DNA from: a virus
DNA: 64,000 nucleotides
Reading direction: 5' to 3' (one strand)
IMG/VR virus record: IMGVR_UViG_3300008735_000003
Coordinates: 7,595-71,594 of that record
Positions within the stretch are counted from its first letter, which is position 1; every line of letters begins with the position of its first letter. The position numbers and the translations under genes were made by a program. Positions 49,650 to 59,515 of the stretch are shown piece after piece. The notes under the pieces were generated by a model. It was given only the letters and a program-made list of their open reading frames with translations. It searched no databases and was not told the DNA's origin.

Positions 49650-50544
49650 TAATCTATCTTGGCTGGTAGAAGAAGATAAATTAACGGGGTCCCCGAAGGG
49701 CTCTCCGACTTTGCCCGCAGGGAACTTAAACGAACCTCTCGCCGAACTCCTACTTAATGATCAAGATTTACAGAGTCAAATAACCGCTATAGGGGGAGGG
49801 GGAGCTTCTACGTTCGCCGGACTTACGGATACGCCCGGGACCATAGGGAATGGGATTGTGACGGGAAACGGATCGGCACTTTCTTTTTCGCCAATAGGAA
49901 CCGGCGTCGCAACTGGCAATGGATCATCACTATCCTTTTCTCCAGCGCAATCAGCGCATAATAAACCTTTTGGGGCTACGGCTGGAACGGTTGCTATGGG
50001 GGATCATAGTCACCCTCATTACGAAAATAGCCATACATTTGGACACAAGAGCGACTTCTTTGCTACTAATTCCAAAATTTATACGCATTCGGCAGGGTTA
50101 CAACACATATTAGATATAGGTGGAATAAATTCGCAGCTATGTAGTCCACATTTAACTCTATCGTCACTCACCCCATTAGGTTCCCCAGTTAATCTTTACG
50201 CCAAGTTTGTTATATCGTGGTTTTGGAACTTTTGTTGGGTTCGACCTATAGAATATGAACTTGTAAATTCTGCAGCACACCCAACAGCGGAAATAAGATT
50301 CCTCGTACATTCTACGTCTGATTACGCCACCTTTATATTTTCCTTCAATGAAATAGTTAATGGAGTTCAAAAATCTTCTAGCGTTCCGGGGGGAAGCACA
50401 CTTCTTGAAAAGATAGGGGTTTGGGTTCAGTTTTCAGACGTTAACTCTGCGCCCGGTACAACCTTTAGTGCAAAGTTTGAAGAAATGGGATTGAGTAATA
50501 CGACCCCATCATCAACCTCTGCGAACATAAATTTTATAGTGTAG
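49633..50544 (+). CDS. Tail fibre/receptor-binding protein 2
   Basis: N-terminus paralogous to 48215; unrelated C-terminus. Confidence 0.7.
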   Translation: MTIPNNNLSWLVEEDKLTGSPKGSPTLPAGNLNEPLAELLLNDQDLQSQITAIGGGGASTFAGLTDTPGTIGNGIVTGNGSALSFSPIGTGVATGNGSSLSFSPAQSAHNKPFGATAGTVAMGDHSHPHYENSHTFGHKSDFFATNSKIYTHSAGLQHILDIGGINSQLCSPHLTLSSLTPLGSPVNLYAKFVISWFWNFCWVRPIEYELVNSAAHPTAEIRFLVHSTSDYATFIFSFNEIVNGVQKSSSVPGGSTLLEKIGVWVQFSDVNSAPGTTFSAKFEEMGLSNTTPSSTSANINFIV

Positions 50545-50559
50545 TTTTTTGGAGGATAA

Positions 50560-50889
50560 GTGAACGAAAAACAAAAAGTATCCACCTTTACCCAAATGTT
50601 ATTGGATGAAACTAATTCTTACGTATCATTTAAAATTACCACCATTTTAGAACCATATGAACAAATGAATTTAATTAGGGAAGGAAGGACAGATGATTTT
50701 AGATTCAAAGTCCTCGATGATCTTCGCTCCGTCTCGAACGACGTGGAGAAGAAAATAAAAAAAGCGAAAACGATAAAAGCGTTAGAAAAAATAGACGTAG
50801 ATGAATTATTCCGAAAGGATGAAAGGCTCATAGGCGATGACGGAAACTTTATTCCCGATACATTAAAAGAAGAAAGAGAAAGTCATTAA
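50560..50889 (+). CDS. Fibre chaperone paralog 2 (short)
   Basis: GGAGG plus GTG; NLIRE..RFKVLDDLRSVSNDVEKKI. Confidence 0.65.
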   Translation: MNEKQKVSTFTQMLLDETNSYVSFKITTILEPYEQMNLIREGRTDDFRFKVLDDLRSVSNDVEKKIKKAKTIKALEKIDVDELFRKDERLIGDDGNFIPDTLKEERESH

Positions 50890-50908
50890 TTACACCTCTA
50901 TAGAATAT

Positions 50909-51163
50909 TTGAAGGGGAAGTATATCGAAGAAATAAAAAAGATTAGTTCAGAATTAATAGAAAAAGCATTTCCGTTATATAGGCAGGTAAACGCCTTGCG
51001 AGAGAATCCCAAGGACGAGCGGTTTAAAATCGTAGACGATATTCGAGCCATTTCGAATGAACTTGAGGCGGAAATAAATAATTTTGAGACACGCGAAGAA
51101 CTCCTAGCTTTTAAAACGAAGGAGAAGCTCCTAAACGATGAAAGACTAAAGGGGAAGATTTAA
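50909..51163 (+). CDS. Fibre chaperone paralog 3 (short, no adjacent fibre)
   Basis: NALRENPKDERFKIVDDIRAISN; TTG start uncertain. Confidence 0.55.
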   Translation: MKGKYIEEIKKISSELIEKAFPLYRQVNALRENPKDERFKIVDDIRAISNELEAEINNFETREELLAFKTKEKLLNDERLKGKI

Positions 51164-51194
51164 TATGGATGGTGGAAAGAAATAAGGAGATTTT

Positions 51195-52061
51195 ATGCCG
51201 TTACCTAATACCACACTTTCATACATCGTCGCGGGTAATAAACCTATAGCGGCCAACTCCCAAGGATCGGGCGCAGGCTTAGTTAACGCTCCGCTGGTGG
51301 AACTCTTAGCCAACGACGCGTTCCTTCTCCAGGAGATCGAAAACGTCGCAAACTCCACGAATACAGCCTATATAACCCTTTCGGACACGCCGTCATCATA
51401 CTCCGGCGATTCGAATAAATTTGTTAGGGTAAAATCGAGCGTCGATGGATTAGAACATATAACGATAACTCCAGCTCTTATTGGCGCTTCGAACGCGGGA
51501 CATAATCACGATACTGTCTATGAACCACTAGGAGCTCCGAATGCGACCGATAGTAAGGGTGTGCAAGGTCGAGGTGTTTTTGTCGTTAACGGAACATTCA
51601 ACGTTCCAGCCGGCATAACGAAGCTCTTAATTTATATGATAGGCGGCGGTCAAAATAATTGTGGAAGCGGTGGTGCTGGATTGAGCGGACTTCTAACCGT
51701 ATCCGGAACCGACGTTCTTACGATCACGATAGGTCTCGGAGGAGGAACAGGTGGAGATACCATAATGACATCGTCCACCCAAGGCGGAACTATTATTGTC
51801 CCCGGAGGAGGTTCTGCTTCTTCCTTAACCACGTCTTTAGGTGGACTATCTAAGTTCATTTCAACTATAGGCGGAACTCCCGGATCTGGCCAAGGTGGGG
51901 GCTGGGCCGGAGACGGAGGAGGCGCTTCCGGCGCCGGAGTTTACGGCGGAGCTGGAGGAGCATCGGTTGGAGACGGGAGTGGAAGGGATGGGGTTTTTTT
52001 TGGGGGAGGTGCGGCTGATGGTGAGGCTGGGGCCAACGGAGTCGTTGTCATAGAATATTAG
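51195..52061 (+). CDS. Tail fibre 3 with glycine-rich C-terminal domain
   Basis: AGLVNAPLVELLAND anchor; GTFNVPAGITKL..MIGGG..GANGVVVIEY Gly-rich adhesin-type domain. Confidence 0.7.
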   Translation: MPLPNTTLSYIVAGNKPIAANSQGSGAGLVNAPLVELLANDAFLLQEIENVANSTNTAYITLSDTPSSYSGDSNKFVRVKSSVDGLEHITITPALIGASNAGHNHDTVYEPLGAPNATDSKGVQGRGVFVVNGTFNVPAGITKLLIYMIGGGQNNCGSGGAGLSGLLTVSGTDVLTITIGLGGGTGGDTIMTSSTQGGTIIVPGGGSASSLTTSLGGLSKFISTIGGTPGSGQGGGWAGDGGGASGAGVYGGAGGASVGDGSGRDGVFFGGGAADGEAGANGVVVIEY

Positions 52062-52069
52062 GAGAGCAT

Positions 52070-52627
52070 ATGATCGATGAAAAAAAATTAAATGAAATAT
52101 TTAGTGATGAAGAGGTCGTAGGGATATATGAAGTTGACGCAAGAGGGAATATAATTCGAAAGGGGTTTTCCGATAAATCGTACGCATCGGCATGTAAAGA
52201 AAAAATAGTCTTCGATGAAATTCCGCCGCATATATTTAGAGGAATTTGGAATGGCGAGGAATGGGAAGAGGGCGCGTCTGATGATTACATAGAACTGGCA
52301 TTAAACTCCTGTAAAAAAAACATGATTCGTTTTTTAAAAAACGCATATAAAACCAAGATCGAATCATTTTTTCCCGCGCACGCTCAGTTCAATGTTATTC
52401 GTCGCGGAGAAGAAAAGGAAGATGAAAGATTTGTTCGTTTAGAGAAGTTGGCGGCAGAATGTAACGACCACGAGATCACGATAAAAGATGCGAAAACCAC
52501 GAACGACCTCATAGCGGCTAAAAAGAAAGCCTTGGACGAAAACCCATCCCTGGGAAATGCGGGGACGGCAGAATTAAAATCTTCTTCCGATATCATTGAA
52601 TTGTGGTCAGACCATAATATAACCTAA
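52070..52627 (+). CDS. Fibre chaperone paralog 4
   Basis: IWNGEEWEEGA and FFP.HAQFNVIR..DERF. Confidence 0.6.
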   Translation: MIDEKKLNEIFSDEEVVGIYEVDARGNIIRKGFSDKSYASACKEKIVFDEIPPHIFRGIWNGEEWEEGASDDYIELALNSCKKNMIRFLKNAYKTKIESFFPAHAQFNVIRRGEEKEDERFVRLEKLAAECNDHEITIKDAKTTNDLIAAKKKALDENPSLGNAGTAELKSSSDIIELWSDHNIT

Positions 52628-52630
52628 CTC

Positions 52631-54517
52631 ATGCCTGAAAAAGAATTATTAGTCGGAAAAAGTATTTCGCTCGTTAATGAGAGGAAGAAGACCGATGTGA
52701 TCGGCGACCCCGTATATAACGAAAATTACGTATATATTCCGCTTGGCTCCGAAGGCGTCGGTATATTAGAATTCAACTCCTCTTCTGATTATAAGGAGGT
52801 CGGGCGTTGGGGTTCTAAAACGAATGTTTTCGATTCGGAAACCCCGCCTTTCAGAGATACCATTTATATTTCCGATCTGGAGATCGATGGAGATTATATA
52901 TTCGCCTATGACCTTAACCGCCCGATCATCTACGTACTAAAAATATCCGGCGAGAATCTTTTTTATAGCAACTTTATAACCACTCCAACAGATTATGATG
53001 ATCGCCCCAAGGCGAAAGAAAGAAAGAGCGAATTTCTTAGACCTTTTTTTTTAGATGATAATAGGCTTAGATATATTTATGCGGCAGAAATACAAAAAAT
53101 ATTTATTTCGCAAAATGATGAGGGGAGCTTTTTTAATTCGGTACATTTTCGTGAAGTTGATTATATTTCCAATCCGACAAACTTTTCAGTTTTAAATAAG
53201 GTCGGTGGGAATTTCGTTTCTTTATCTAACTTTGAGGAAATTTCTATCCTTCCAAAAACATCGGGGAATGAGGCAAATATAACTCCGACAAACGATATAC
53301 TTAAAAGGCAGGAAGTGTTCTTCGGGAATATAATCCCCTTGGATTTCTTTTCCGATCAAGATGGAACTAACGCGATACTAGCGTTTTCATATAATTTACA
53401 AAATGCTTCTACCCTTTTTGATGGGCTAGAGAATAGAATCTATTTGGCAAAAATAGCCCTTAATGGTAATCCGAATTCTATAACTTCTAATTCATTCTCA
53501 TTAAATCTCGGGGCTTCGGAAAATAGTTTAACGAACTCAGTATCCGATGTCTTAATTTTTGGCAACGGAGTATATTTGGCATTGGGGGACTCGTTTTTAA
53601 AAACCTTTAACATCGGCGATTTATCGACCGTAACTAGCACCATAAGTTTTAATGGTGAAAAGATACTAGGGTTACAAAAAACTTCTGCCAATATATTCGT
53701 TTTAAGTAACGATGGTGTTAATTCTTTCTTGAGAATATGCACGCAAAACCCGGATTTTTCTCTCAACGAGGTAAAAAAAATAACCGCCGATATTAGTGTG
53801 GATCGAGCGTTTTTAAAGCCCGACGGGTCTATACTTCTTTTTGCAAAGGATCAGATATACGCTCATTCATATTCTGATAAGGTTATTGTTATTTCACAAA
53901 CAGAATTAGAACAAGCTTTGAGACCGTTTAAAAGACCGGGGTGGTTCACTACTCCGATAATGAAAAATCCAGAATTTAAAGCTATGTGCGATGGAATAGT
54001 TAGGGCAAATACCAACGTCAACGCCTCGGAAAAAGTGGAGATTTCTCAGAACGGGACATTGCCCGACTTAACTAGCTCATATAACCATTCGAACGGAATA
54101 CAAACCATAACAATATTCCCAAAAAAAACCGAGCTCTATAAATCGAGCCTCTTTAAAAGCGTGTGGGGAAAATTATTCGAAGAGTCCTACGGTATATTGG
54201 GCGGACTCGATGTATCATTAAACGGAAATACCATGACGATCGGCCCCGGAACATTCATACATTCAGAAGAAATATACGAAAGCGATGCGGACGAAACGGC
54301 AGATGTTAGCGGGGCCGTAAATGGGTCACAAGTCTATTACGACGGAAACGTTTTCGCCTTTAGCTTAAACGGAGGTCTAAGTAATTCGGTCATCGTAGCG
54401 ACGTATAATTCTGGCGCCTGGATTATGACGAGAAAACTAGGTCTTTCTCCCATAGTTTTAAGCAATACATTAAATCGCGTTTTTCTAAACGAATCCGGTG
54501 TAGTCGAATTTTTTTAA
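52631..54517 (+). CDS. Virion protein with beta-propeller (LVIVD-like) region and C-terminal adaptor domain
   Basis: YVYIPLGSEGVGILEF; GILGGLDV..MTIGPGTFI. Confidence 0.5.
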   Translation: MPEKELLVGKSISLVNERKKTDVIGDPVYNENYVYIPLGSEGVGILEFNSSSDYKEVGRWGSKTNVFDSETPPFRDTIYISDLEIDGDYIFAYDLNRPIIYVLKISGENLFYSNFITTPTDYDDRPKAKERKSEFLRPFFLDDNRLRYIYAAEIQKIFISQNDEGSFFNSVHFREVDYISNPTNFSVLNKVGGNFVSLSNFEEISILPKTSGNEANITPTNDILKRQEVFFGNIIPLDFFSDQDGTNAILAFSYNLQNASTLFDGLENRIYLAKIALNGNPNSITSNSFSLNLGASENSLTNSVSDVLIFGNGVYLALGDSFLKTFNIGDLSTVTSTISFNGEKILGLQKTSANIFVLSNDGVNSFLRICTQNPDFSLNEVKKITADISVDRAFLKPDGSILLFAKDQIYAHSYSDKVIVISQTELEQALRPFKRPGWFTTPIMKNPEFKAMCDGIVRANTNVNASEKVEISQNGTLPDLTSSYNHSNGIQTITIFPKKTELYKSSLFKSVWGKLFEESYGILGGLDVSLNGNTMTIGPGTFIHSEEIYESDADETADVSGAVNGSQVYYDGNVFAFSLNGGLSNSVIVATYNSGAWIMTRKLGLSPIVLSNTLNRVFLNESGVVEFF

Positions 54518-54523
54518 CAATAT

Positions 54524-54552
54524 TTGCCTTTTCTACCGACCGATGATATAAT
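54524..54552 (+). promoter_or_regulatory. sigma70-type promoter for the leaderless holin gene
   Basis: TTGCCT-N17-TATAAT with extended TG, 7 nt upstream of ATG 54560. Confidence 0.65.
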
Positions 54553-54559
54553 ATTAGCC

Positions 54560-54838
54560 ATGGGAATATTAGAGCAAAAACCACAAACCGAAGTGGAAAA
54601 AAAAGAAGTCGATATGATTGATCCGGTTACTAGTAAGAAGTTTATATGGGAGTCAAAAAAGGGGCAGTATTTTTTCATCACACTATTCGTGGTTATTTTA
54701 CTCGGAATTGGAATGTCGTATTATGGAGTCTATAAAGCGGACCTAATTACAAAGATCGTCTCATTGGGCGTTGTTTTTGGAATGGGGCAGGTCGGGCAGG
54801 ATTTCTTTCAATGCGCAGCCAAGTGGAAAGGAAAATAG
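54560..54838 (+). CDS. Putative holin (two TM segments)
   Basis: SKK then FFITLFVVILLGIGM and IVSLGVVFGMGQ..QD; start moved to ATG. Confidence 0.65.
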   Translation: MGILEQKPQTEVEKKEVDMIDPVTSKKFIWESKKGQYFFITLFVVILLGIGMSYYGVYKADLITKIVSLGVVFGMGQVGQDFFQCAAKWKGK

Positions 54839-55233
54839 TGATTTGGGTAAAAAAGAATTGGGCCAGAATGCTCTGGTTTTTGGGGATCGTAGTTGCGGTG
54901 ATTGTTGGTATTTTTGAGATGTTCTTAAAGTTCGATCAGAGCCGTATATCGAAACGCCTAAAAGATAACAAAGAAAAATTAAAGAAAAACGAAAAAAAGA
55001 TAAGACAAATAGAAGTTAGGGATGCTATCTTAAAGGAGCGCGAGAATGCGCTCGATAATAAAGAGGAAACTATCGAGAGGGATTTTAATGAAGGGGTCAA
55101 AAAAGCTAAAAAGAAATTTGATCTAAAAAACGAAGAAGATAAGAAATTCTTTGATCAACTTGAAGGAAACTTAAAAAGCGGGTATAGAGAATCTGTATCC
55201 TCTGAATTAGGGATAAAAATAACAAAAATATAG
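54838..55233 (+). CDS. Putative inner-membrane spanin-like protein
   Basis: N-terminal TM followed by a charged coiled coil; GTG start overlaps the holin stop. Confidence 0.55.
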   Translation: MIWVKKNWARMLWFLGIVVAVIVGIFEMFLKFDQSRISKRLKDNKEKLKKNEKKIRQIEVRDAILKERENALDNKEETIERDFNEGVKKAKKKFDLKNEEDKKFFDQLEGNLKSGYRESVSSELGIKITKI

Positions 55234-55234
55234 A

Positions 55235-55747
55235 ATGAAACAATCTTTCGTATTCCTATTGATTCTTGGAACGGCACTATTTTCTGCCCCCCCTTCTCAG
55301 GAAATAAATGTCACCGAGTTGACTAAGGAATACGAACTTAAAGAGAAGCCCGGGGTTAAAATTGGCCCCGGGTTTTTCCTTTCTACAAAAGATTACGATA
55401 AACTCCTTTTGAGTGCGATACGAGATAAGAAGAAAATAAAGCTACAAGAAAATGAAATAGATTATTTAAAAGAAAGAAATGAATTATATAGGGAGAGAGA
55501 TAAACTCCTTAAAGAAATAAAAGAAGAGAGAGAAAAAATAAAGAAGGAAAGAGAAGAAAACTTTAAACTCTATAAGGATATCGTTAAGGAAAATAAAGCT
55601 CTTTACGAAGATAATGAAAGAATGATGGAAAAACAAGTAGCATATCAGAGAAGAAAGGCGCGATTCTACCGCAGGATATTATTTACTGGAGCCATTATGG
55701 CGGTTGGACAAAACTTAAAATTAGATGTTTTTAAAATAAATTTCTAG
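55235..55747 (+). CDS. Secreted coiled-coil spanin-like protein without lipobox
   Basis: Signal peptide MKQSFVFLLILGTALFSA, no Cys anywhere, coiled coil, hydrophobic C-terminal stretch. Confidence 0.45.
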   Translation: MKQSFVFLLILGTALFSAPPSQEINVTELTKEYELKEKPGVKIGPGFFLSTKDYDKLLLSAIRDKKKIKLQENEIDYLKERNELYRERDKLLKEIKEEREKIKKEREENFKLYKDIVKENKALYEDNERMMEKQVAYQRRKARFYRRILFTGAIMAVGQNLKLDVFKINF

Positions 55748-55761
55748 TAACGGCCCTATAG

Positions 55762-55809
55762 AACCCCTGTTATAATATTCATGTAACGACTATTATACGG
55801 GGGTTTTTT
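55762..55809 (+). terminator. Imperfect hairpin with U-tract that encloses an extended -10 element
   Basis: aacccctgttataata..tattatacgggggtt followed by T run; TGtTATAAT at 55768-55776. Confidence 0.4.
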
Positions 55810-55810
55810 C

Positions 55811-56215
55811 ATGCCTTTTACAGAAATTATTACTGAACAACTTATAGAAGAAAAGGAAGCAGAATCATATACGATCAACGAAAACGTTGCTTCTTTTAAA
55901 TGCCTCGTATTCGATCCCGCTGGAAATGATGATGAGCTGGTGATCGCCGATAACTCCGATCTAACCCATAAAGGGAAATTTTTTGGAGTAGCGAAAGTTT
56001 CCGGGACTTCGGGGAATAAGGTTATGGTTCAGGCATTTGGAGAAATGGAAAATTCTGGGTGGTCTTGGGGAACAATGTGGGGCAGGCTTTATTACGATTC
56101 CAATGGCGATATCACCGACGTCTACCCATCCGGAGGAGATCACGTCCAGATCATAGGTAAGGTTATGAGTCCAACCAAGATATTCCTTAACCCGGAAGCG
56201 GCGATGTCTCTATAG
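55811..56215 (+). CDS. Capsid cement/head-fibre base-like protein (DUF2190-like)
   Basis: IAD..FFGVA..G..V.VQ.FG..W.W..LY...G.I...P..VQIIG pattern. Confidence 0.5.
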   Translation: MPFTEIITEQLIEEKEAESYTINENVASFKCLVFDPAGNDDELVIADNSDLTHKGKFFGVAKVSGTSGNKVMVQAFGEMENSGWSWGTMWGRLYYDSNGDITDVYPSGGDHVQIIGKVMSPTKIFLNPEAAMSL

Positions 56216-56226
56216 GGAGCTAAAAT

Positions 56227-57465
56227 ATGGCTGAAAGAAAAATAACCGCGCTTATAAACGGGTCGCCCGATATTCCCGGAGCTAGCGACGATTATACCGT
56301 TGCTGGAAAAAATATTACCAATATTGCCAATGTAGATGCCACCGATACCAATCTGGACGGACACGCGGTAAACGCTAAATCGGTTAGGGACTATGTTCTT
56401 GGAAATATAAATTCGATTATAAGTACAGAGATCGTTGATAACCTAGAATCGGACGACTCGAGCAAAGCTTTGGCGGCTAGTCAGGGAAAGGTATTAAAGG
56501 AGCTCGTAAACTTTTTGGCTTTCGACGAAGTCGTAAATTTAGACGCCATGGTCGTATCGGCGGCATCCGAAGACGATAGTACCGGAAAAAAATATCTCGT
56601 CGTTTCAGATGCTAATAATAGTGGGAATAGTACGATATATAGATGTAATGTAAATGTATCCGGGGGAGAGACTACATACCTTGGAAATGAAGCGGCATTT
56701 GATGAATTGCAAAAATTAGATGTGCAGGTATTAGAGACGGAACTTTCGAACGCTTTAAATTCCACGAGTACAACCGCCGCATTGAATTTACTAGGGGCAA
56801 AGACCTTACAAGATACAAAGGCTAATAAAGTATCTGGGGCTATATTGGGAAATTTTGCCGGCCTAGATGGGACTGGGGATATAACGGACTCTGGGAATAA
56901 GGCATCCGATTTTGAAGCGGCCGGAACCGTTACTACTCATGAATCAACATTCGATCACTCGCTTCTTCATATACAAAATTCGGATACATCTTTAGACGAC
57001 GGCAACCCGAATCAAGTAACTGCGGCAGAATTAAGAACGCACGTCGATGACGTTACGAGGCACAGATTAATTAATGATTCTGCTGCTGGAAACACCGATC
57101 TTTGGTCTGCTGCTAAAATGACGGCAGAATTAGGGATAGTAGATGGTAAAACGAAAGAGATCGGGGTGCAAATAATCGAAATTACGCAACCCATACTCGA
57201 TCAAAAATATATTTCATTAAGCCAGTCTATATTTGGACCATCTTATGTGTTAGTATGGATAGTGAATGGATTTATGCAGGTGAATAAAAAGAATATAACA
57301 GCGGAGTCTGGAGCAACAACTGGGAATTACGAAATAGATGCTAATAACATGGATAGGTTATATATCGTTGACGCTAATGCCGGAGAAGATAATGGAAATG
57401 AAGCGCATACCGGTCTCGACGGACCGACGCTCGGGCAGAAGGTTGCCGTTGTTTATTGGTACTAA
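56227..57465 (+). CDS. Fibre protein
   Basis: ITNIA..T..HAVN..V, VDNL.S..ALAA.QGKVL and GNFAGLD.TG.I.DSG fibre motifs. Confidence 0.6.
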   Translation: MAERKITALINGSPDIPGASDDYTVAGKNITNIANVDATDTNLDGHAVNAKSVRDYVLGNINSIISTEIVDNLESDDSSKALAASQGKVLKELVNFLAFDEVVNLDAMVVSAASEDDSTGKKYLVVSDANNSGNSTIYRCNVNVSGGETTYLGNEAAFDELQKLDVQVLETELSNALNSTSTTAALNLLGAKTLQDTKANKVSGAILGNFAGLDGTGDITDSGNKASDFEAAGTVTTHESTFDHSLLHIQNSDTSLDDGNPNQVTAAELRTHVDDVTRHRLINDSAAGNTDLWSAAKMTAELGIVDGKTKEIGVQIIEITQPILDQKYISLSQSIFGPSYVLVWIVNGFMQVNKKNITAESGATTGNYEIDANNMDRLYIVDANAGEDNGNEAHTGLDGPTLGQKVAVVYWY

Positions 57466-57487
57466 AAAAAATCAAAGGAGATAGAAA

Positions 57488-59497
57488 ATGGCACGTAAGG
57501 GAAATATAACAGAATTAGACGGCGGAACATTCGCCGGAGCGACCGCGATCACCATCGCAGCCGATAGTTTACAAATTAGTTCGGATTGTAATTCCGGAGA
57601 TGATCCGGTAAGGCTTTCTTATCTACAAGCTAATTATGAGGGTGGCGGAGGAAACCAAACCGCCGCCAACATGACGCTATCCGGAGATTTAACGGTTAAC
57701 GGCGGAAATGTAACTTATGGAGCGGATACTACCGTCACGATTACAAATTCCGCGACCGCCTATCAAATCACAGATGGGACCGATGTTATGATGACTATCG
57801 ACTCGTTGAATTTAGATACAACCCTTAAGGGGGATCTAATTGTTCAGGGTGGCGATATCGATGTATCGGGAGAGGCTTCTCTTATCACCATCAAGGATCT
57901 CGATGCTACATCATTTGTTATTTCTGATGGAACGAATACATTTCTTTCTATCAATTCCTTGGCCAACACATTCGACATCGGGCAGGCGACCACGGTTACC
58001 GGAAATTTTGATGTAACCGGCGCATCGACCGTAAGTTCCACATTAAATGTTACCGGGCTCACGACCATAGGATCATTGAGTTGCGGTGGAGCCGCCACTA
58101 TATCGGGAGCTCTAACGATTCCCAATGGCACTATTAATGCCACCACCGCCGCCAACACGATGAATATTATAGATAATACAGCGGGCGCTTTTGCCTTCAC
58201 CGCAGGCGGAATTGGAAATCTTTTAGCCCTAGATACAACTAACGCCGCAGAGAAGGTTTCTATCGCCGGAGGCGCGACCCTAGAACTTCCATCGGCGTTA
58301 ACGAACTCGACGAATCAGACTTGGACATTAAACGATCATCAGGCAGCCTCCATGTCTATCGATACGGCCGGCAAAGCGGGATTATTAGCCTTTAATACTA
58401 CGAATTTATCCGAAGCCATTTCGACCTCTGGGAATTTTTCAGTATCTGGAACCTCGACGTTGACGGGAAATGTACAAGCCTCCGGAGATTTGACCGTTAA
58501 CGGCGATATGGATATGAGCAATGGCGCGTCGACCTTCGCTCTAATAGATAATACCGCCGCAGCTTTGGATTTTAAGTATGGGGCGACGAGCCTCCTTCTT
58601 TTAGACAGCACCAACGTATCTCCTACGGTCACCGTCGGAGGCGATCTTACTGTTACGGGGGATTTAGACATAGCTGGTACGGTGACCACAACGAGCACAG
58701 CCAACGTTACCATCAAAGACGCCATTATTAAGTTGGCCGATGCTAATACTAATACGGCTATAGATTTTGGAGTGGCTGGACAATACGGAGCTTCCGCTTT
58801 TGCTGGAATGTATTTCGATTCCTCTGCGTTAAAATTCGAATTTAAGCACGGGTCAACTTCTGATCCTGCTACTGGAACCGGTATACCGGCAACGGGATCT
58901 AAGTCTGTCATCGTCGCAGATTTAGAAGGAAATGCTACGACCGCGACGAGCGCGACGAGCGCGGGTTCCGCGACGAATGCGACTAATTGGACTGGAGCCG
59001 ATTTTAACTCTGAGACTGAAGTGGCCGGAGACGTCTTAGTTTCCACCGGGACTGTTTTTGAGCGCCTTAACGTGACCGCCTCCACTCTTTTAGGAAGGTT
59101 AGATACCGGAAACAACGTGGCCGTCACTCCAGCGAATTTAATTAATAAGTTCTCCTTGGGTTGGGTCATCGAAATTCATAAAATTGACGCAGCCGCCTTT
59201 ACAACTAACAACGGATTTTTTGATCTTAACGGCGAACCGATCGATCCCAAAACCGTTCTTATGTGGTCTCTTGGCGGATCTATGCAGATTAGTGGGTATT
59301 GGGATGACGTTGATACCGGGTCTCCGGATTACACGATCGGAGACGACGCCGGCGGCGGAGATTTAAATCGAGTCTTTTTTAAGGACTTCGACCATACTTC
59401 GAATGGCGGCGCTAATTGGGCGTTAACCCCTCTATTCTCTGGAAACATCGCTCTTAACGATGTCTTCATGGTAATGTATCAAGGTCCTGTAGCTTAG
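57488..59497 (+). CDS. Long fibre protein with GDLTV.G beta-repeats
   Basis: Repeated GDLTVNG/GDLTVTG, GNATTATSA; C-terminal domain similar to that of 56227. Confidence 0.65.
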   Translation: MARKGNITELDGGTFAGATAITIAADSLQISSDCNSGDDPVRLSYLQANYEGGGGNQTAANMTLSGDLTVNGGNVTYGADTTVTITNSATAYQITDGTDVMMTIDSLNLDTTLKGDLIVQGGDIDVSGEASLITIKDLDATSFVISDGTNTFLSINSLANTFDIGQATTVTGNFDVTGASTVSSTLNVTGLTTIGSLSCGGAATISGALTIPNGTINATTAANTMNIIDNTAGAFAFTAGGIGNLLALDTTNAAEKVSIAGGATLELPSALTNSTNQTWTLNDHQAASMSIDTAGKAGLLAFNTTNLSEAISTSGNFSVSGTSTLTGNVQASGDLTVNGDMDMSNGASTFALIDNTAAALDFKYGATSLLLLDSTNVSPTVTVGGDLTVTGDLDIAGTVTTTSTANVTIKDAIIKLADANTNTAIDFGVAGQYGASAFAGMYFDSSALKFEFKHGSTSDPATGTGIPATGSKSVIVADLEGNATTATSATSAGSATNATNWTGADFNSETEVAGDVLVSTGTVFERLNVTASTLLGRLDTGNNVAVTPANLINKFSLGWVIEIHKIDAAAFTTNNGFFDLNGEPIDPKTVLMWSLGGSMQISGYWDDVDTGSPDYTIGDDAGGGDLNRVFFKDFDHTSNGGANWALTPLFSGNIALNDVFMVMYQGPVA

Positions 59498-59515
59498 GGT
59501 AGGTAATTAATAACG

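Noticed and set aside
48215-52627. Diversity-generating retroelement or shufflon at the fibre locus
   Set aside because: No reverse transcriptase or invertase in the window, no long TR/VR pair with adenine-specific mismatches seen, and all cassettes are in the same orientation.
58339-59169. 276-aa minus-strand ORF and many shorter antisense ORFs
   Set aside because: These are shadows of the + strand genes (Thr/Gly/Ala-rich codons give few antisense stops); they have no motifs or RBS.
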